Source: an uncultured Acidobacteriota bacterium (lineage in GTDB: Bacteria > Acidobacteriota > UBA6911). From it: a stretch of 64,000 bases of DNA. Location: positions 480,001 to 544,000 of the forward strand of contig CAWEJX010000020.1 of NCBI GenBank assembly GCA_963809485.1, given 5' to 3'. The translations under genes were made by a program, and so were the position numbers. Positions 42,106-53,140 of this stretch are shown here, piece after piece (position 1 is the stretch's first letter; every line of letters begins with the position of its first letter). A model generated the notes under the pieces. That model did no database searches and was not told the origin of the DNA. It was given only the letters and a program-made list of their open reading frames with translations.

Positions 42106-43668
42106 ATGCCCATTTACGTCATCGGGTCCGGCTTAGCCGCAACTGCTGCTGCTGTCGCGCTTGTACGCCAAGGCTGCCGCCCCATTGTTTTGGATGTCGG
42201 ACTCAAGCCGGATCCTGCAACGCAAATGCTGAAAAAGAGGCTCTCCTCAGTTGAGCCTGAGGACTGGAATCAGGAGGACATCACATGGCTCAGGCGAACC
42301 GGCCCAGTGGCAGCCAACGGTATTCCCCGGAAGCTAAATTTCGGCTCGGATCATACTTTCAGCGAACTGAACCTCGCTGTACCTGTTGAGTTATGTGGCG
42401 CCTCGATGTACCGATCCTTTGCCATGGGAGGATTCAGTAACGTCTGGGGAACCGTCATCCAGCCTTTATCCGCGAGAGAATTGGGGGATTGGCCAATCAC
42501 TGCTAGAGACCTTGTTCCCCATTACGCTGCCGCGTATTCTCTCATGTGCGATCGGCAAGAAGGAACCTCGACGGAAATCTTTCCCCCTGAGCCGATCCTG
42601 CGCCTGAGTCTCCAATCATGTGCGCTGCATTCAGATCTTATGGCAAATAGCAAGGCGCTGGAATCCCAGGGAATCCGATTCGGTTATCCGCGGCTGGGCA
42701 TACGTCAGGCTGATAAGGACGGGAAACAGGCCTGCCGCTACTGTGGGCTATGCTTGTACGGCTGTCCATATGACTGTACATACAATGCGGTGCCTACGTT
42801 GACGCGTCTTTCGGACGAAGGTTTGATTCATTATGTACCCGGGATACATGTGGACAAATTAATCCCAACGGGAGGGAACGTGCGGATCGACGCTCGGTCC
42901 GTTGCCGACGGCACTTTGCAGACCTTTCGTGCAAGCCGCGTTCTCTTGTCGGCGGGTGTGCTGGAGACTGCTCGAATCGTTCTAGTTTCAACGGGGCTCC
43001 GCAACACCCCTGTGCGCATTAAGCAAAGTGATATATTCACGCTGCCTCTTTTGCGATACAAGACGGCTGGCGACGTGTTCTCCGAAAAGATGCACACGTT
43101 GTGTCAGATGGTTGCAAGAGTCGAAGACAACACAATCTGCAAACGACCCGTGCATCTCCAATTCTATGGCTACAATGATTTATATTTAAAACTCTTAATG
43201 CAAAGGGTTTTCGGTGCCGGCCGCTATATCGCGCCCCTGTTGCGAACTGTAGTGGCGAGACTCTTCATAATATTCGGGTATCTGGATTCCGACGACTCGT
43301 CGGAGATTGAGATCAAACTCTCAAGTGATGGAAGGAAGCTCTTGGTGACGGGGCACAGAAACCCTGCTGCTGATGAAATCGTGCGGAAGGTGGCTCTGAA
43401 ACTTCTTCGTTGCTGCAGATTGATTGGTGGAGTCCCTCTCTATTTTTTGAGGCGGCTGGATCTGCCAGGAGGGAGCTATCATACCGGAAGCACATTCCCC
43501 ATGCGCCAGATTCCCAAATTCCTTGAAACCGACCGGCTAGGTCGTTTGTCTTCCTTGCCTGGAGTCCATATAGTCGATGCGAGTGTCCTCCCAGACGTGC
43601 CGACGTCAGCCCCGGCATTTACGGTCATGGCGAATGCCCACCGCATTGCCTCGGAGTGTCTGAAATAG
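42106..43668 (+). CDS. GMC-family FAD oxidoreductase with a Cys cluster
   Basis: VIGSG, GGFSNVWG, CRYCGLCLYGCP, HTGSTFPM, VDASV, TVMANA. Confidence 0.8.
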   Translation: MPIYVIGSGLAATAAAVALVRQGCRPIVLDVGLKPDPATQMLKKRLSSVEPEDWNQEDITWLRRTGPVAANGIPRKLNFGSDHTFSELNLAVPVELCGASMYRSFAMGGFSNVWGTVIQPLSARELGDWPITARDLVPHYAAAYSLMCDRQEGTSTEIFPPEPILRLSLQSCALHSDLMANSKALESQGIRFGYPRLGIRQADKDGKQACRYCGLCLYGCPYDCTYNAVPTLTRLSDEGLIHYVPGIHVDKLIPTGGNVRIDARSVADGTLQTFRASRVLLSAGVLETARIVLVSTGLRNTPVRIKQSDIFTLPLLRYKTAGDVFSEKMHTLCQMVARVEDNTICKRPVHLQFYGYNDLYLKLLMQRVFGAGRYIAPLLRTVVARLFIIFGYLDSDDSSEIEIKLSSDGRKLLVTGHRNPAADEIVRKVALKLLRCCRLIGGVPLYFLRRLDLPGGSYHTGSTFPMRQIPKFLETDRLGRLSSLPGVHIVDASVLPDVPTSAPAFTVMANAHRIASECLK

Positions 43669-43669
43669 C

Positions 43670-44938
43670 ATGGCCGATATTTGGTCTCCACATCCCCGGT
43701 TTCGCCTATATACCCACTTGTCCAACTACGCCCTCACACTAAGATATTTGCTATGCGGATTTCACAACTTAAATGAACCTGCTGCAAAACTAGAATCAGA
43801 AATTTGTCGACGCTTCGATGTGCCTGCTGCAACCTCCGTCCCGACAGCGAGAACTGGGCTGTTCTTAGCTTTGCGTGAATTAGTTCGGCCCGGTCAAACG
43901 GTTGTGATGTCGCCACTGACCATCCAAGACGTTGTGAACATGGTCATTCTCGCCGGTGGCATACCGCTGTTTGCCGACATCCGCAGACAGTCATGTGCGA
44001 TTGATCCCGACCAGGTGGAGGCACTGATTGATTCCCGGACAGGGGCGGTTTTGATCTCTCATCTGCATGGGGAGACTGCTGGAGCGCATATGTTCCAGGA
44101 GATATGTTCTCGTCGGGGAATTCCATTGATCGAGGACGCCGCCCAAGCCTTCGGGGCGGCTGAGGGGACAAGACGCCTGGGTACTATCGGCGACGTCGGG
44201 ATCTTCAGTTTTGGCTTCTACAAGAATGTAAGTGCTTGGCGGGGAGGCATGCTGGTATCACGCGACCCGACGTTGATCTCCAAAATTCGTCGACGGGTAG
44301 GCGAGCTTCCACTCTTGCCAAGGTGGCGCCTTTTCGCCCTTGCTTTGGGCGGATTAATGAGCGACCTGCTCACATCGCCTCCGCTGTTTGCCAGCCTCGT
44401 GCATCCAGTGATTCGTTATAGCTTTATACACGAGATTCATGCGGTTAATCGTCACCTGGACCCGGAGGGCAGGGCCCTGCGGTTGAAGACGATTCCGGCA
44501 GGCTACCTCTATGGTATGACTGCCTTGCAGTCAAATTTGGTCATTCGCCAGTTAAATCGTGTGGATGTCGATAGTAGAGCCCGCATCGCTCAAGCCGGGT
44601 TATATCACCGAGCTTTAGCGAATCTGAATGGTCTGATTACGCCTAAGAGGGGTCAAGGACTGTCCCACATTTACACTTACTACCCCATCCAATATAGCCA
44701 GCGGGAAACGCTCCTACGATTTGCGATGGAACGCAAGCGAGACTTTGCCCCTCAGTATTTGCGTAATTGCGCATCCCTTGAGGCCTTTCATGAGTTTAAT
44801 AGGGACTGCCCCAACGCCGAAACTGTTGCCCGCGAACTTATTCTACTGCCCACGTATCCCCGATACCCAGCCACAGAAATCCAAAAGAACGTTGAGGTGA
44901 TACAGGAATTTTTGAGCCGGGAAGGTGTTCCGCGATGA
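43670..44938 (+). CDS. DegT/DnrJ/EryC1/StrS PLP-dependent aminotransferase
   Basis: HLHG, IEDAAQAFG, FSFGFYK, GGML. Confidence 0.88.
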   Translation: MADIWSPHPRFRLYTHLSNYALTLRYLLCGFHNLNEPAAKLESEICRRFDVPAATSVPTARTGLFLALRELVRPGQTVVMSPLTIQDVVNMVILAGGIPLFADIRRQSCAIDPDQVEALIDSRTGAVLISHLHGETAGAHMFQEICSRRGIPLIEDAAQAFGAAEGTRRLGTIGDVGIFSFGFYKNVSAWRGGMLVSRDPTLISKIRRRVGELPLLPRWRLFALALGGLMSDLLTSPPLFASLVHPVIRYSFIHEIHAVNRHLDPEGRALRLKTIPAGYLYGMTALQSNLVIRQLNRVDVDSRARIAQAGLYHRALANLNGLITPKRGQGLSHIYTYYPIQYSQRETLLRFAMERKRDFAPQYLRNCASLEAFHEFNRDCPNAETVARELILLPTYPRYPATEIQKNVEVIQEFLSREGVPR

Positions 44939-46770
44939 AAACCTGGACCACCAATACCGCTTTGGCGATCCTGGTTCTGTGCAGCATCGTCCCCTTTGCC
45001 TCGCGTGCCGTTTACATGGACGAGCACCAGTACCTCGATGTAGCAAGATTCGCCGCTGAAAAGGATTGGCGGTTTCCACAAGAAATGTCGTGGGTCTTCT
45101 TCGGAATTGATTACGCCAATATGGCCACGCAGACACATCCTCCAGTAGCTGAATACTATCTAGCCTGCCTCTTCAGGCTGTTCGGGCATTTTGACGAAGC
45201 CATTTTTCGTTTGTTCTTCTCCGTTTTTCCTGTGATGGCAATTCTTGCCTTTCATCGCGTGGCTAAACGCTTTACAGATAAACCGTTGCTTGTGACCTCA
45301 CTTTTTGCGGTGAGCCCGGCTTTTTTCGTGATGAATCCGAGCTTAATGATGGATGTGCCGATGCTGGCTTTCATGCTCATGGGCCTGTCCTTTTACTTGA
45401 ATTACATCCATGGGGATTCAGCGCAGCTCTGGCCTGCCTCGCTGTGTTTCATCCTGGCGGCAGGAGCCGGTTATGTCGTGCTGATTCCAGTTGGATGCCT
45501 CTTTGTCTGGGCTGTTAGCAGCGGCCGTGCGAAGCGAGAATGGTTTGCCCTAGCTGCTGCGCCAGCCGCTGTGTTCATGTGGCTGCTGATATTAAGGATT
45601 CACTTCGGTGTAAATGTTCCGGCTAAGTGGTCAAACTATTGGGGGCTGCATTTTTCTTTCAGTCAAAATCTCCTTCCAATGCTCAGCTTCATCGGCGGCA
45701 TCGGTATGTTTCCCTGGACATTTGTGGCAGTTGCCGATGTGCCTAGATGGAGAATGGTTGCCATACTGAGCATTTCAACGGCAATTGTCACGAGTTTTTT
45801 TTGCGTATGGTCTTCCTTCAGCTATCGATTATGGTTTGTAATCCTCGCATCTTCTGGGATTGCATGGATGATGCTGTTTGGTATAAAAGCCAAACAGCTG
45901 GTAAAGAGAAGAGAATCATTCCAGGCTGGTGGCTTTCTGATCGTCTGGTTGCCGGCTACGCTCGTCTTCCTGGTATTTGTTGCGGATATGGTCAACGCGC
46001 GATATCTTCTTCTCGGGTTGCCGCCGCTGTTTCTGGTCACCTTTCAGCATAGTCGACAGAAAGCTGCCTTGATGGCATTCTTGGCCACAACTATTTTATC
46101 TTTTTCCTTAGCCGTTGCAGATTACCGTTTTGTCAATTCCTATCGAAATTGGGTATCTCAAACTATCGTTCCTTTGCAGCGTCAGGGCTTTCGCTTTTGG
46201 AGCGCGGCAGAATCAGGTCTTCGGTTTTATCTGGAGCAGAAAGGAATCCCAACTCTCAGCGCGTTGGATTTGCGACCACGTGGAGGAGATCTGATTGTGA
46301 AACAAACATCTTTCGCCTATTCTCTTTCGAGCGACCTGGAGCCTCTTCTAATACCCATCAGGCGGATAGATCTTTTGGATTCGTTTCCGGTCCGCACTTT
46401 TTCCAGGGAAGCCGGCGCGGGATTCCATGATAGCCATTTCGGAATTGTCCCTTACATCTTCTCCAGGCTGCCCTTGGATCACCTGGAGATTGAAGAGGTC
46501 AGTCCCTTTGTAAAAGACCTGCCACAGATCGTTCCAGCCGACTTTTCGTCGGTACCGGTATGGTATCCGGGCGGTGTTATGCTAAAGCAGGTGCAACCAG
46601 AAATGAGATTCTCCATTCGGCTTCCATCAGACAGCAAAATCGAGTACGAGCTTGAAGGCAAGGGTAGCTCCAAAATGTCCGACGAAGGCATAACCCTAGA
46701 AAATCTCGGTTCCAGTCCTGCGATTTGGAGGAACTATCGAATTGTTCCCAACTCCTGGCCGGCAGACTAA
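44935..46770 (+). CDS. GT-C membrane glycosyltransferase (ArnT/GT39/PMT-like)
   Basis: MDE, HPP, MDVP, ARYLL; multiple TM segments. Confidence 0.75.
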   Translation: MKTWTTNTALAILVLCSIVPFASRAVYMDEHQYLDVARFAAEKDWRFPQEMSWVFFGIDYANMATQTHPPVAEYYLACLFRLFGHFDEAIFRLFFSVFPVMAILAFHRVAKRFTDKPLLVTSLFAVSPAFFVMNPSLMMDVPMLAFMLMGLSFYLNYIHGDSAQLWPASLCFILAAGAGYVVLIPVGCLFVWAVSSGRAKREWFALAAAPAAVFMWLLILRIHFGVNVPAKWSNYWGLHFSFSQNLLPMLSFIGGIGMFPWTFVAVADVPRWRMVAILSISTAIVTSFFCVWSSFSYRLWFVILASSGIAWMMLFGIKAKQLVKRRESFQAGGFLIVWLPATLVFLVFVADMVNARYLLLGLPPLFLVTFQHSRQKAALMAFLATTILSFSLAVADYRFVNSYRNWVSQTIVPLQRQGFRFWSAAESGLRFYLEQKGIPTLSALDLRPRGGDLIVKQTSFAYSLSSDLEPLLIPIRRIDLLDSFPVRTFSREAGAGFHDSHFGIVPYIFSRLPLDHLEIEEVSPFVKDLPQIVPADFSSVPVWYPGGVMLKQVQPEMRFSIRLPSDSKIEYELEGKGSSKMSDEGITLENLGSSPAIWRNYRIVPNSWPAD

Positions 46771-46782
46771 ATGAGCTCTGAT

Positions 46783-47841
46783 TCAAGCGATAGCTTTGTC
46801 ATTCCTGCCAGTCCTTTCATACAAAGGAAGCCCGCGCCAGAAAGCCAAGCGCTCGGCAAGGGGGATCAGTTTGCCCACTATGAACGGGTCCAGTAAAAAG
46901 CCTGAAATAATCAAAGGGAGGCGAGGCTGTGGATACCAGCAATCCAGACACTCTGGGTGGTCGGATAAGTTACCTGTAATGTGGGCGAGCCGCAGAGACC
47001 TCATCTGTTCGCAATTCCATATCTCTCCTAATGAATTTTGGGTTACGTTACCGACAGGACCTGTTTTGTACAGAACTCCGGCAGATGCGTACACGTCTCC
47101 ATTTGTTTCTATCAAGGGCGGTCCCTCCCAAAGACGAGGACATGGGTTTTTGGATATCGGCCGTAAGCCTGGCTCCTTGTGCCAGGTTATTTCATTTCGC
47201 AGCACATCGTTTTTCACTCTGACGAGGTTGATATCCGGCACTTGGCGCCATAGCCTGTAGAAAGCTTCCAGCTGCGACATTGTTTCCGGCAAACGTATTA
47301 TCTGCATTATCACTAGTATCTTTGCTCTGCGCCTGCTTTTAACCTTCAGAAAGTTGTGAATGTTTGCAGTAACCTTTTCATAGCAAGGAGAACCGTGGAT
47401 TTTCTCGTAGACATCCGGTGTCACACCATTGACAGAAAAAATAATCAAATCCAGGCCCGAGCCAAGAATTGCGTCTGTCGTGCACTCATCCAGCAGTGCA
47501 GCGTTGGTTGAGAGCATCACGCGGACACCTTTGGATTTTGCATATCGAATCATCCGAAAAGCCTCGGGATTCATTAGGATTTCACCGGGCCCGTCGAGAG
47601 AGATGTATCGCAAGCAGGGATCCCCTTCATCAACGATTTTCCTGAAAAGGCTCTCTTCCATGTCAGGCCCATCGAATTTCCTTACAGCCCGGATGCACAT
47701 TCTGCAGCCCATGTTGCAGCGATGGGTTGTGGAGATGATTACGGTAGGAGGCGGCCCGGGACAGACAAGGGATCGATTGAGGTAGCAGGATAGTAATTGC
47801 AGTCGCCGCAATATTGGAGAATGGATTGGAGTCTGAGACAT
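46783..47841 (-). CDS. radical SAM protein with SPASM/twitch-like domain
   Basis: CNMGCRMC, GPGE, STNA, GNV..SLGEIWN, CLDC; AGGAG RBS. Confidence 0.85.
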   Translation of the reverse strand: MSQTPIHSPILRRLQLLSCYLNRSLVCPGPPPTVIISTTHRCNMGCRMCIRAVRKFDGPDMEESLFRKIVDEGDPCLRYISLDGPGEILMNPEAFRMIRYAKSKGVRVMLSTNAALLDECTTDAILGSGLDLIIFSVNGVTPDVYEKIHGSPCYEKVTANIHNFLKVKSRRRAKILVIMQIIRLPETMSQLEAFYRLWRQVPDINLVRVKNDVLRNEITWHKEPGLRPISKNPCPRLWEGPPLIETNGDVYASAGVLYKTGPVGNVTQNSLGEIWNCEQMRSLRLAHITGNLSDHPECLDCWYPQPRLPLIISGFLLDPFIVGKLIPLAERLAFWRGLPLYERTGRNDKAIA

Positions 47842-47851
47842 ACATGTACTC

Positions 47852-48967
47852 CTATAGAATAGTCTCAACTTGTGCAGCGATGTGATTGCCGCCCATAATC
47901 CTGTTCCTGGGGACCAGATCGCAGCACCCACGGCAGTCTGGAAACAGACCGTTCTGCAATATCCGTTTTCGGAAAAGACGATAGCGCGGGTTGTTCCACA
48001 GCTTTCGGAGCGATTGTTCCCGCACGCTGCCGATATAGTAATTCAGACACGGATAGACACAGCCCGAAGGCGAAATATACATTACCATCCATGGCGATAT
48101 ACAATCGTGCTTTCTAATATCGAGCAAGTTGGAATAATGAGTGAGGATCACTTTCGGAGGCAGGTTCGGGAGAAACCTTACCTGGACTCTGGATTTCCGC
48201 GAAAACTCCGTTATGCGATGCAACTCGCGTTCCAGGTCTTCCACGGGAAACTCATAAAAAGGCGCGAGTGCCCCAGACAACTCAAGATCCTTGCGAACAG
48301 AGAACGCACCTATTCGGCTGGTGTTGTTCAGGATTTGAAAGGTGCAGTAGTCTGCTCCTGAGTCCTCGGCCACGCGTATGCTCTCCGAGAGTGCGCCGGC
48401 ATTTTCTGCCGTGATGGTTGTTTTCAGATTTAGCAAAGGAAATCTGGAGCCTTTGCGCGCCCTGGATTCCGCGAGCGCCTGAATGCCTGCTACGGACCTG
48501 CGGAAGGTCCCAAGCCCGCGCATCTGATCATGGACCTCCTTTGATCCTTCCGCCGAAATCGCAACAGAACTGAGGCCAAGGGAGACCCATTGAGCTGCTA
48601 TGGCAGGCGTAATGAGGGTGCCGTTGGTAAAGATGTGGCAGGGGTGCTTTCGACTCACTGCCCTGAGGATTTCCGGGAGGTCTTCACGCAGGAGGATTTC
48701 GCCTCCGGATAAAAGAAAGCATGCGCGAGGCGGCACCTGGTCGACGATGTCCTGGATTTCTGCATAACTGAGATCAGTACCGCAGTTCCTGTTCCCATTG
48801 GCATTCGGGAATCGCAGGTAACAAAAGGAGCACCTCAGGTTGCATCGATAGGTAAGTTCGAGAACTATGAAGATCGGCGGCAGTGCATTATCCCTGAGCA
48901 ATGGAACATACCTCGGGATTGTTCCATAGAGCCGGGCCAATCCTAAAACAATCGAATACGGGTCCAC
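47852..48967 (-). CDS. radical SAM/SPASM protein
   Basis: CNLRCSFC, SGGE, TNG, CISPW..GCVYPC, CRGCC. Confidence 0.88.
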   Translation of the reverse strand: MDPYSIVLGLARLYGTIPRYVPLLRDNALPPIFIVLELTYRCNLRCSFCYLRFPNANGNRNCGTDLSYAEIQDIVDQVPPRACFLLSGGEILLREDLPEILRAVSRKHPCHIFTNGTLITPAIAAQWVSLGLSSVAISAEGSKEVHDQMRGLGTFRRSVAGIQALAESRARKGSRFPLLNLKTTITAENAGALSESIRVAEDSGADYCTFQILNNTSRIGAFSVRKDLELSGALAPFYEFPVEDLERELHRITEFSRKSRVQVRFLPNLPPKVILTHYSNLLDIRKHDCISPWMVMYISPSGCVYPCLNYYIGSVREQSLRKLWNNPRYRLFRKRILQNGLFPDCRGCCDLVPRNRIMGGNHIAAQVETIL

Positions 48968-49040
48968 TTTAATCTGTTGCCCCCAAGCCTTCTAATTTAC
49001 AGTTGAGGAATTTTCTGGCTTGGACCGTGTACATTATAGG

Positions 49041-49856
49041 TTAAAACTCCTGAGACGGTTTTTTCCACGCAACAACGATCAGACAATTCCCCCATCGACC
49101 TATTATGAAATTCCAACAGCGGAACAGAAACTTCAACATTTGACGTCCCGGCTTGCTGATCAGAATCCTGTGGACGAAATGGTAGTTAATGACTGGGCAC
49201 ACATATCTAGTGAAGAAAGGAAAATACTTCAATACATCACTGCCGAATGGCATCCACGCCGTGTGGCAACGCCATCGGGCGATGGTTTGAACGCTGGCGA
49301 AAACCTTATAAATCTCCCGGCGGCTGAATCTGTAAACGTAACCGCCTGAGGGGTCCCAGTTTTGGGCCAGACCGACTTTTGCCAGCAGACGAACGAGAAT
49401 CGAATCCTGACACTCCAAGATAGCGAAACCTTCTTTCGATACGCGCTCCATTTCGTACAAGCCCTTGATGGGACGGGCGAGGTGATGCAATCCTTCGCGT
49501 ACAACCGCCCAGTCGAAGGAGCAGTCCGGAAAGGCCAGCCATTCGGCATCCATACAGAGGCACTTGATGGCTGGGTTACGTATTCGCGCAGCCGTAACTC
49601 CAGAGATAGATAAATCGATGAGCGTGACATCGGCACCGAGTTGCTGCAAGAAATCGGCTTCCTCGCCGTCTCCACCGCAAACCGAGAGAATTTTTTTGCC
49701 TGCAAGCGGAATTCCTATCATTTCGTCCATTACGCGGAGCCGATAGCCATTGATCCAAGCTACAAGGGGATCACTGTTGTCGGCATGGCGGGGCTTGCAG
49801 GCGCGGTAATGCTCCCTCTCATAATACTTGATTTGGCGTTTTTTCTGATTTTCCAT
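49041..49856 (-). CDS. class I SAM-dependent methyltransferase
   Basis: LSVCGGDG, IDLS, DAEWLAFPDCSFD, GLHH. Confidence 0.85.
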   Translation of the reverse strand: MENQKKRQIKYYEREHYRACKPRHADNSDPLVAWINGYRLRVMDEMIGIPLAGKKILSVCGGDGEEADFLQQLGADVTLIDLSISGVTAARIRNPAIKCLCMDAEWLAFPDCSFDWAVVREGLHHLARPIKGLYEMERVSKEGFAILECQDSILVRLLAKVGLAQNWDPSGGYVYRFSRREIYKVFASVQTIARWRCHTAWMPFGSDVLKYFPFFTRYVCPVINYHFVHRILISKPGRQMLKFLFRCWNFIIGRWGNCLIVVAWKKPSQEF

Positions 49857-50566
49857 ACCATTTATTTACAGGTGGCATTAAATCACCTTCAGCTGACTGG
49901 CTCAACACTGCAATGACCTGGCGCAAGAAATTATGCCAGGCACAAATTGTGTTTTACTATGAGCTATGTGATTTGGCGTTTTACTGTCTGTCAGTTCAAT
50001 GTTTCTGTGGCAGGTAGAGAAACGCATGCAGTTCTATGCTGAATGAAGGGAATCTATAAGCATTTCTATCCTTTAGGGCAAGAGTAACCCTAGGGAAATG
50101 AGCAAGGAAATACAAAGAAGCACAGTGGAAGTCAGAACTCAAACGGATTGGATGGGGCTTCACACAGATGAGGGCAGATCGTTTCCCATCCAACCCGGCA
50201 ATCACATACATGATTTATTCACATTGGTATCAGGAAGACGTTCGGAAGGCGGCGGCATTGACTACGCTTCTGACAAAACCAAGCCTCTATACAACCCAAA
50301 ATAAAGTAGCAAGGGGGCTATTTGCAGTTATTTCTGAAGATGATGAAAATCTGCATCACAATAGTTGGGAATTCATCCTAACGCTCAGTGGTCGATCTTC
50401 CCATGAATCTATCGACTTGATTAGGAATGCCTATCAGAGCTAGCATGTATTTATCGGCCATTGCATTAAAATAATCCTAAAGAAGACGAGACCACTGCAC
50501 AAAAAGCGTTGTCGGCCAGTTTCACGTTTAGGCACAACAGGAATAATGTAGACAAGGGAGGGTGCA

Positions 50567-51880
50567 ATGACAAAAACATTTGCCTTTATTGCCGCGGTTT
50601 TGTTGGCCATATGCACCTTGGCAGCATCGGGGCTGATTTTGAAAGGCGCCACCACACTTGTTCAGGCAGCGATACTTATCGGGCAAGCTGCTCCCGATTC
50701 AAATGGAGCGGTGTTTACGGGACTGGGCCGTCCGTCAATCAACAATCTTGGGAGTGTGGCTTTTCGAGGACAGCTGACGAGCGCAACAGTTTCTTATGGA
50801 AACACTCCCGGAAAGATTTCTCCCAGTGGGGTATTTCTGATTTCCAAGGGATTGCTCAAAAGGATTGCTAGCTATGGAGACATTGTTCTGCAACCAGCAT
50901 CGATGCTTACGAATTTTGGTGATCCAGTAATCAATGACTCAGACCAGATAGCCTTCATTGCGACGATGGGGATTGGCTACAAAAATCAAGGAATATTTCT
51001 AAAAACCGAAAACGGACTCGATAGAGTCGCACTTACTGGAAGCACGGCGCCATGAACAGGAGACTCGTTTGACACCTTCGGCCGGAATGGATTGGCTATG
51101 AACAATGCAGGCACGATCGCCTTCGAAGCGACTTTCGGCGGGTTGAGGAATGGAGATGGCATATTCCTGTATTCAGATGGGAATCTTAAGTCGATTGTTT
51201 TGCAGGGACAACCGGCCCCTGGCAAACAGAGCGAAATGTTTGATCGTTTCCTTGGCTTGGCGATAAATCAAGGGGGGCAAATAGCATTTGTCGCCTAATT
51301 GACCAACGAACAAGGGCCAACGAAGACTGGGATTTTCGTTGCCAACGATAATGGAGTGGTTACTGTTGCACTCCAGGGCCAGTCAGTTGGTGAGGGCAAA
51401 TTGCACATCCTAAGCGCTCCCTCGATTAATGACCTCGGAGACATCGTGTTTGTGGATTCAATCGTGCATCAGTCATGGAGCGAGATGCTATTCCCAAATG
51501 GTGTATATTTTGCTCATGCATCAGGGGGAATCTCTGCTTTAGCAAACACAGGGCGGCCAGCAAATCCCAACCATCCAACTTTGAGCGGCAATTTCCAGTC
51601 CCCAATGATTATTGCCAATGTCGATGGAACAAATACTATCTTGTTCTTCGGGTGGAGCCAAACCACGGGAAGGCAAACGCTCTGGCAGGATCTAAGCGAT
51701 ACACTCACACCAATCCTTCAGGAAGGTGATCCAGCACCCGTGGGCGGAGTCTATTCGTTCATAGGTAACTTGGCTGTTTCATCCTCCTGACAGTTTGCAT
51801 TTGTATCCAACCTACAAGATTCACCGGCTAAAGCGGGCATTTTTGTTAGCAAAACTAATGCTCAAGGGAGGAGCCAATGA
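50567..51880 (+). pseudogene. secreted NxxGxxAF tandem-repeat beta-propeller protein with three in-frame stops
   Basis: Repeats INNLGSVAF, INDSDQIAF, MNNAGTIAF, INQGGQIAF; one frame with TGA 51053, TAA 51296, TGA 51788; final stop overlaps the next ATG. Confidence 0.75.
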
Positions 51881-52842
51881 AGTTACATTTAGAGGCCATA
51901 TTTTTGATCTCTTGCATCGCCGCTTCTTCAGGTGGACGTGACGCCCCGGCGCAGACGCAACCTGATAATAGCTATAGTTTTTCAGGCCTCAATTCGGGCG
52001 TCAAGTTGTTGCCCAGTGCGTTCATGGTTCATGACTTCGCTTGGTCCGCTGTTAACGTAAACGCGAGCAGTATAACTGTGCGAAACACATTGGCGAAATC
52101 CGGCTACCAATTCACACATCCCGATGATAAAGGGGGCTTGTTCTGCGGACCCAATAACAGCTATACATATCCAGATACGCCACTAAGTCCGTATGGAACC
52201 TACGCGTGGAATGTATTGAATGTCAGTGTGAAGGGATCCCCGCCACGACTCCTAAATGCAACACTAACCGTCGAGTCCCTTGGTGGTCAAGACTTTTACA
52301 TTTTTCCCCCAAGTACTTTCTCGGCGCAAGGTGGCTCAAGTTCCTCTGCGTGCGATGCGTATTACAACGCATGGCAAGGGGCAGCATGGTCAATACCTTG
52401 GTTCTGGGACGGCACGGCATCGGTCCTTGTCAGTCCATACGCTAACGGATGGCATAATCATGGCTGGTGGGATAAAGGCTGGAATACGAGCCTCAGTATC
52501 TATAACGGCGGCAATCAGTCTGTCCAATATGATATCAATTACATCAGTTCGCTGAATTATGGCATCCCCGTAATGAGGAATCCCAGTTCATGCTCTTCAA
52601 CGACAAATCTCAATCAGTCAAGGACAGAAACAATAGGTGCCTCTGGCAGTTGGTCAGGTAATCTCACCAATGACATTTTCAATCCCACGTCGGGGTGGAC
52701 AGTGCAAGAGGATGGATTTATCTACATCGCCTTGAACCCGGTGATCCCTGGAACGACCCCATCGTCAAACGTGAGCCCACATTCGTCGGGCACGGCAGGC
52801 TGTTACCCTGATTGTCCTCTGATTGAAACGTGCCATTGGTGA
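51877..52842 (+). CDS. hypothetical secreted Ser/Asn/Trp-rich protein
   Basis: GGAGG RBS, signal-like N-terminus, 321 aa. Confidence 0.65.
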   Translation: MKLHLEAIFLISCIAASSGGRDAPAQTQPDNSYSFSGLNSGVKLLPSAFMVHDFAWSAVNVNASSITVRNTLAKSGYQFTHPDDKGGLFCGPNNSYTYPDTPLSPYGTYAWNVLNVSVKGSPPRLLNATLTVESLGGQDFYIFPPSTFSAQGGSSSSACDAYYNAWQGAAWSIPWFWDGTASVLVSPYANGWHNHGWWDKGWNTSLSIYNGGNQSVQYDINYISSLNYGIPVMRNPSSCSSTTNLNQSRTETIGASGSWSGNLTNDIFNPTSGWTVQEDGFIYIALNPVIPGTTPSSNVSPHSSGTAGCYPDCPLIETCHW

Positions 52843-53140
52843 GCTGCGAATTAGGGGGGTAAACAACTGAGCCGGATTCTTTTCGTTGGTACCGTGCGCA
52901 TCCGGAGTACCAGGCGACCCTTTCAATTTCTAACCTGCACCCAAATCCTACAACGGGCGCTAGCCGGTTGAAAAAGGGAATGTGTGCAAATTCCTCGTAT
53001 TTTCCTTCCAAACCTGCATTAAAATGTCTTTGAGAGTCGAGGAGAATTCCTGAAAGTTTACATAAGTGGCTCTTATCGGAATCCCGGCAATAGCGGGGAA
53101 TTCATGGATGGAGAGGCATCTCTGGAAAAGGGCTCTTATT

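Noticed and set aside
49923-49938. Sigma-54 promoter upstream of the methyltransferase (TGGCATAATTTCTTGC)
   Set aside because: GG-GC spacing is 11 rather than 10; valid only if there is a homopolymer error
46783-50500. RiPP cluster around the radical SAM/SPASM genes
   Set aside because: No credible precursor peptide, RRE/PqqD domain, peptidase or exporter; context is sugar-modification genes
50567-51880. UGA=Gly recoding or Sec in the propeller gene
   Set aside because: An in-frame TAA is also present, the neighbouring genes end at TGA, and there is no Cys/Sec-type motif
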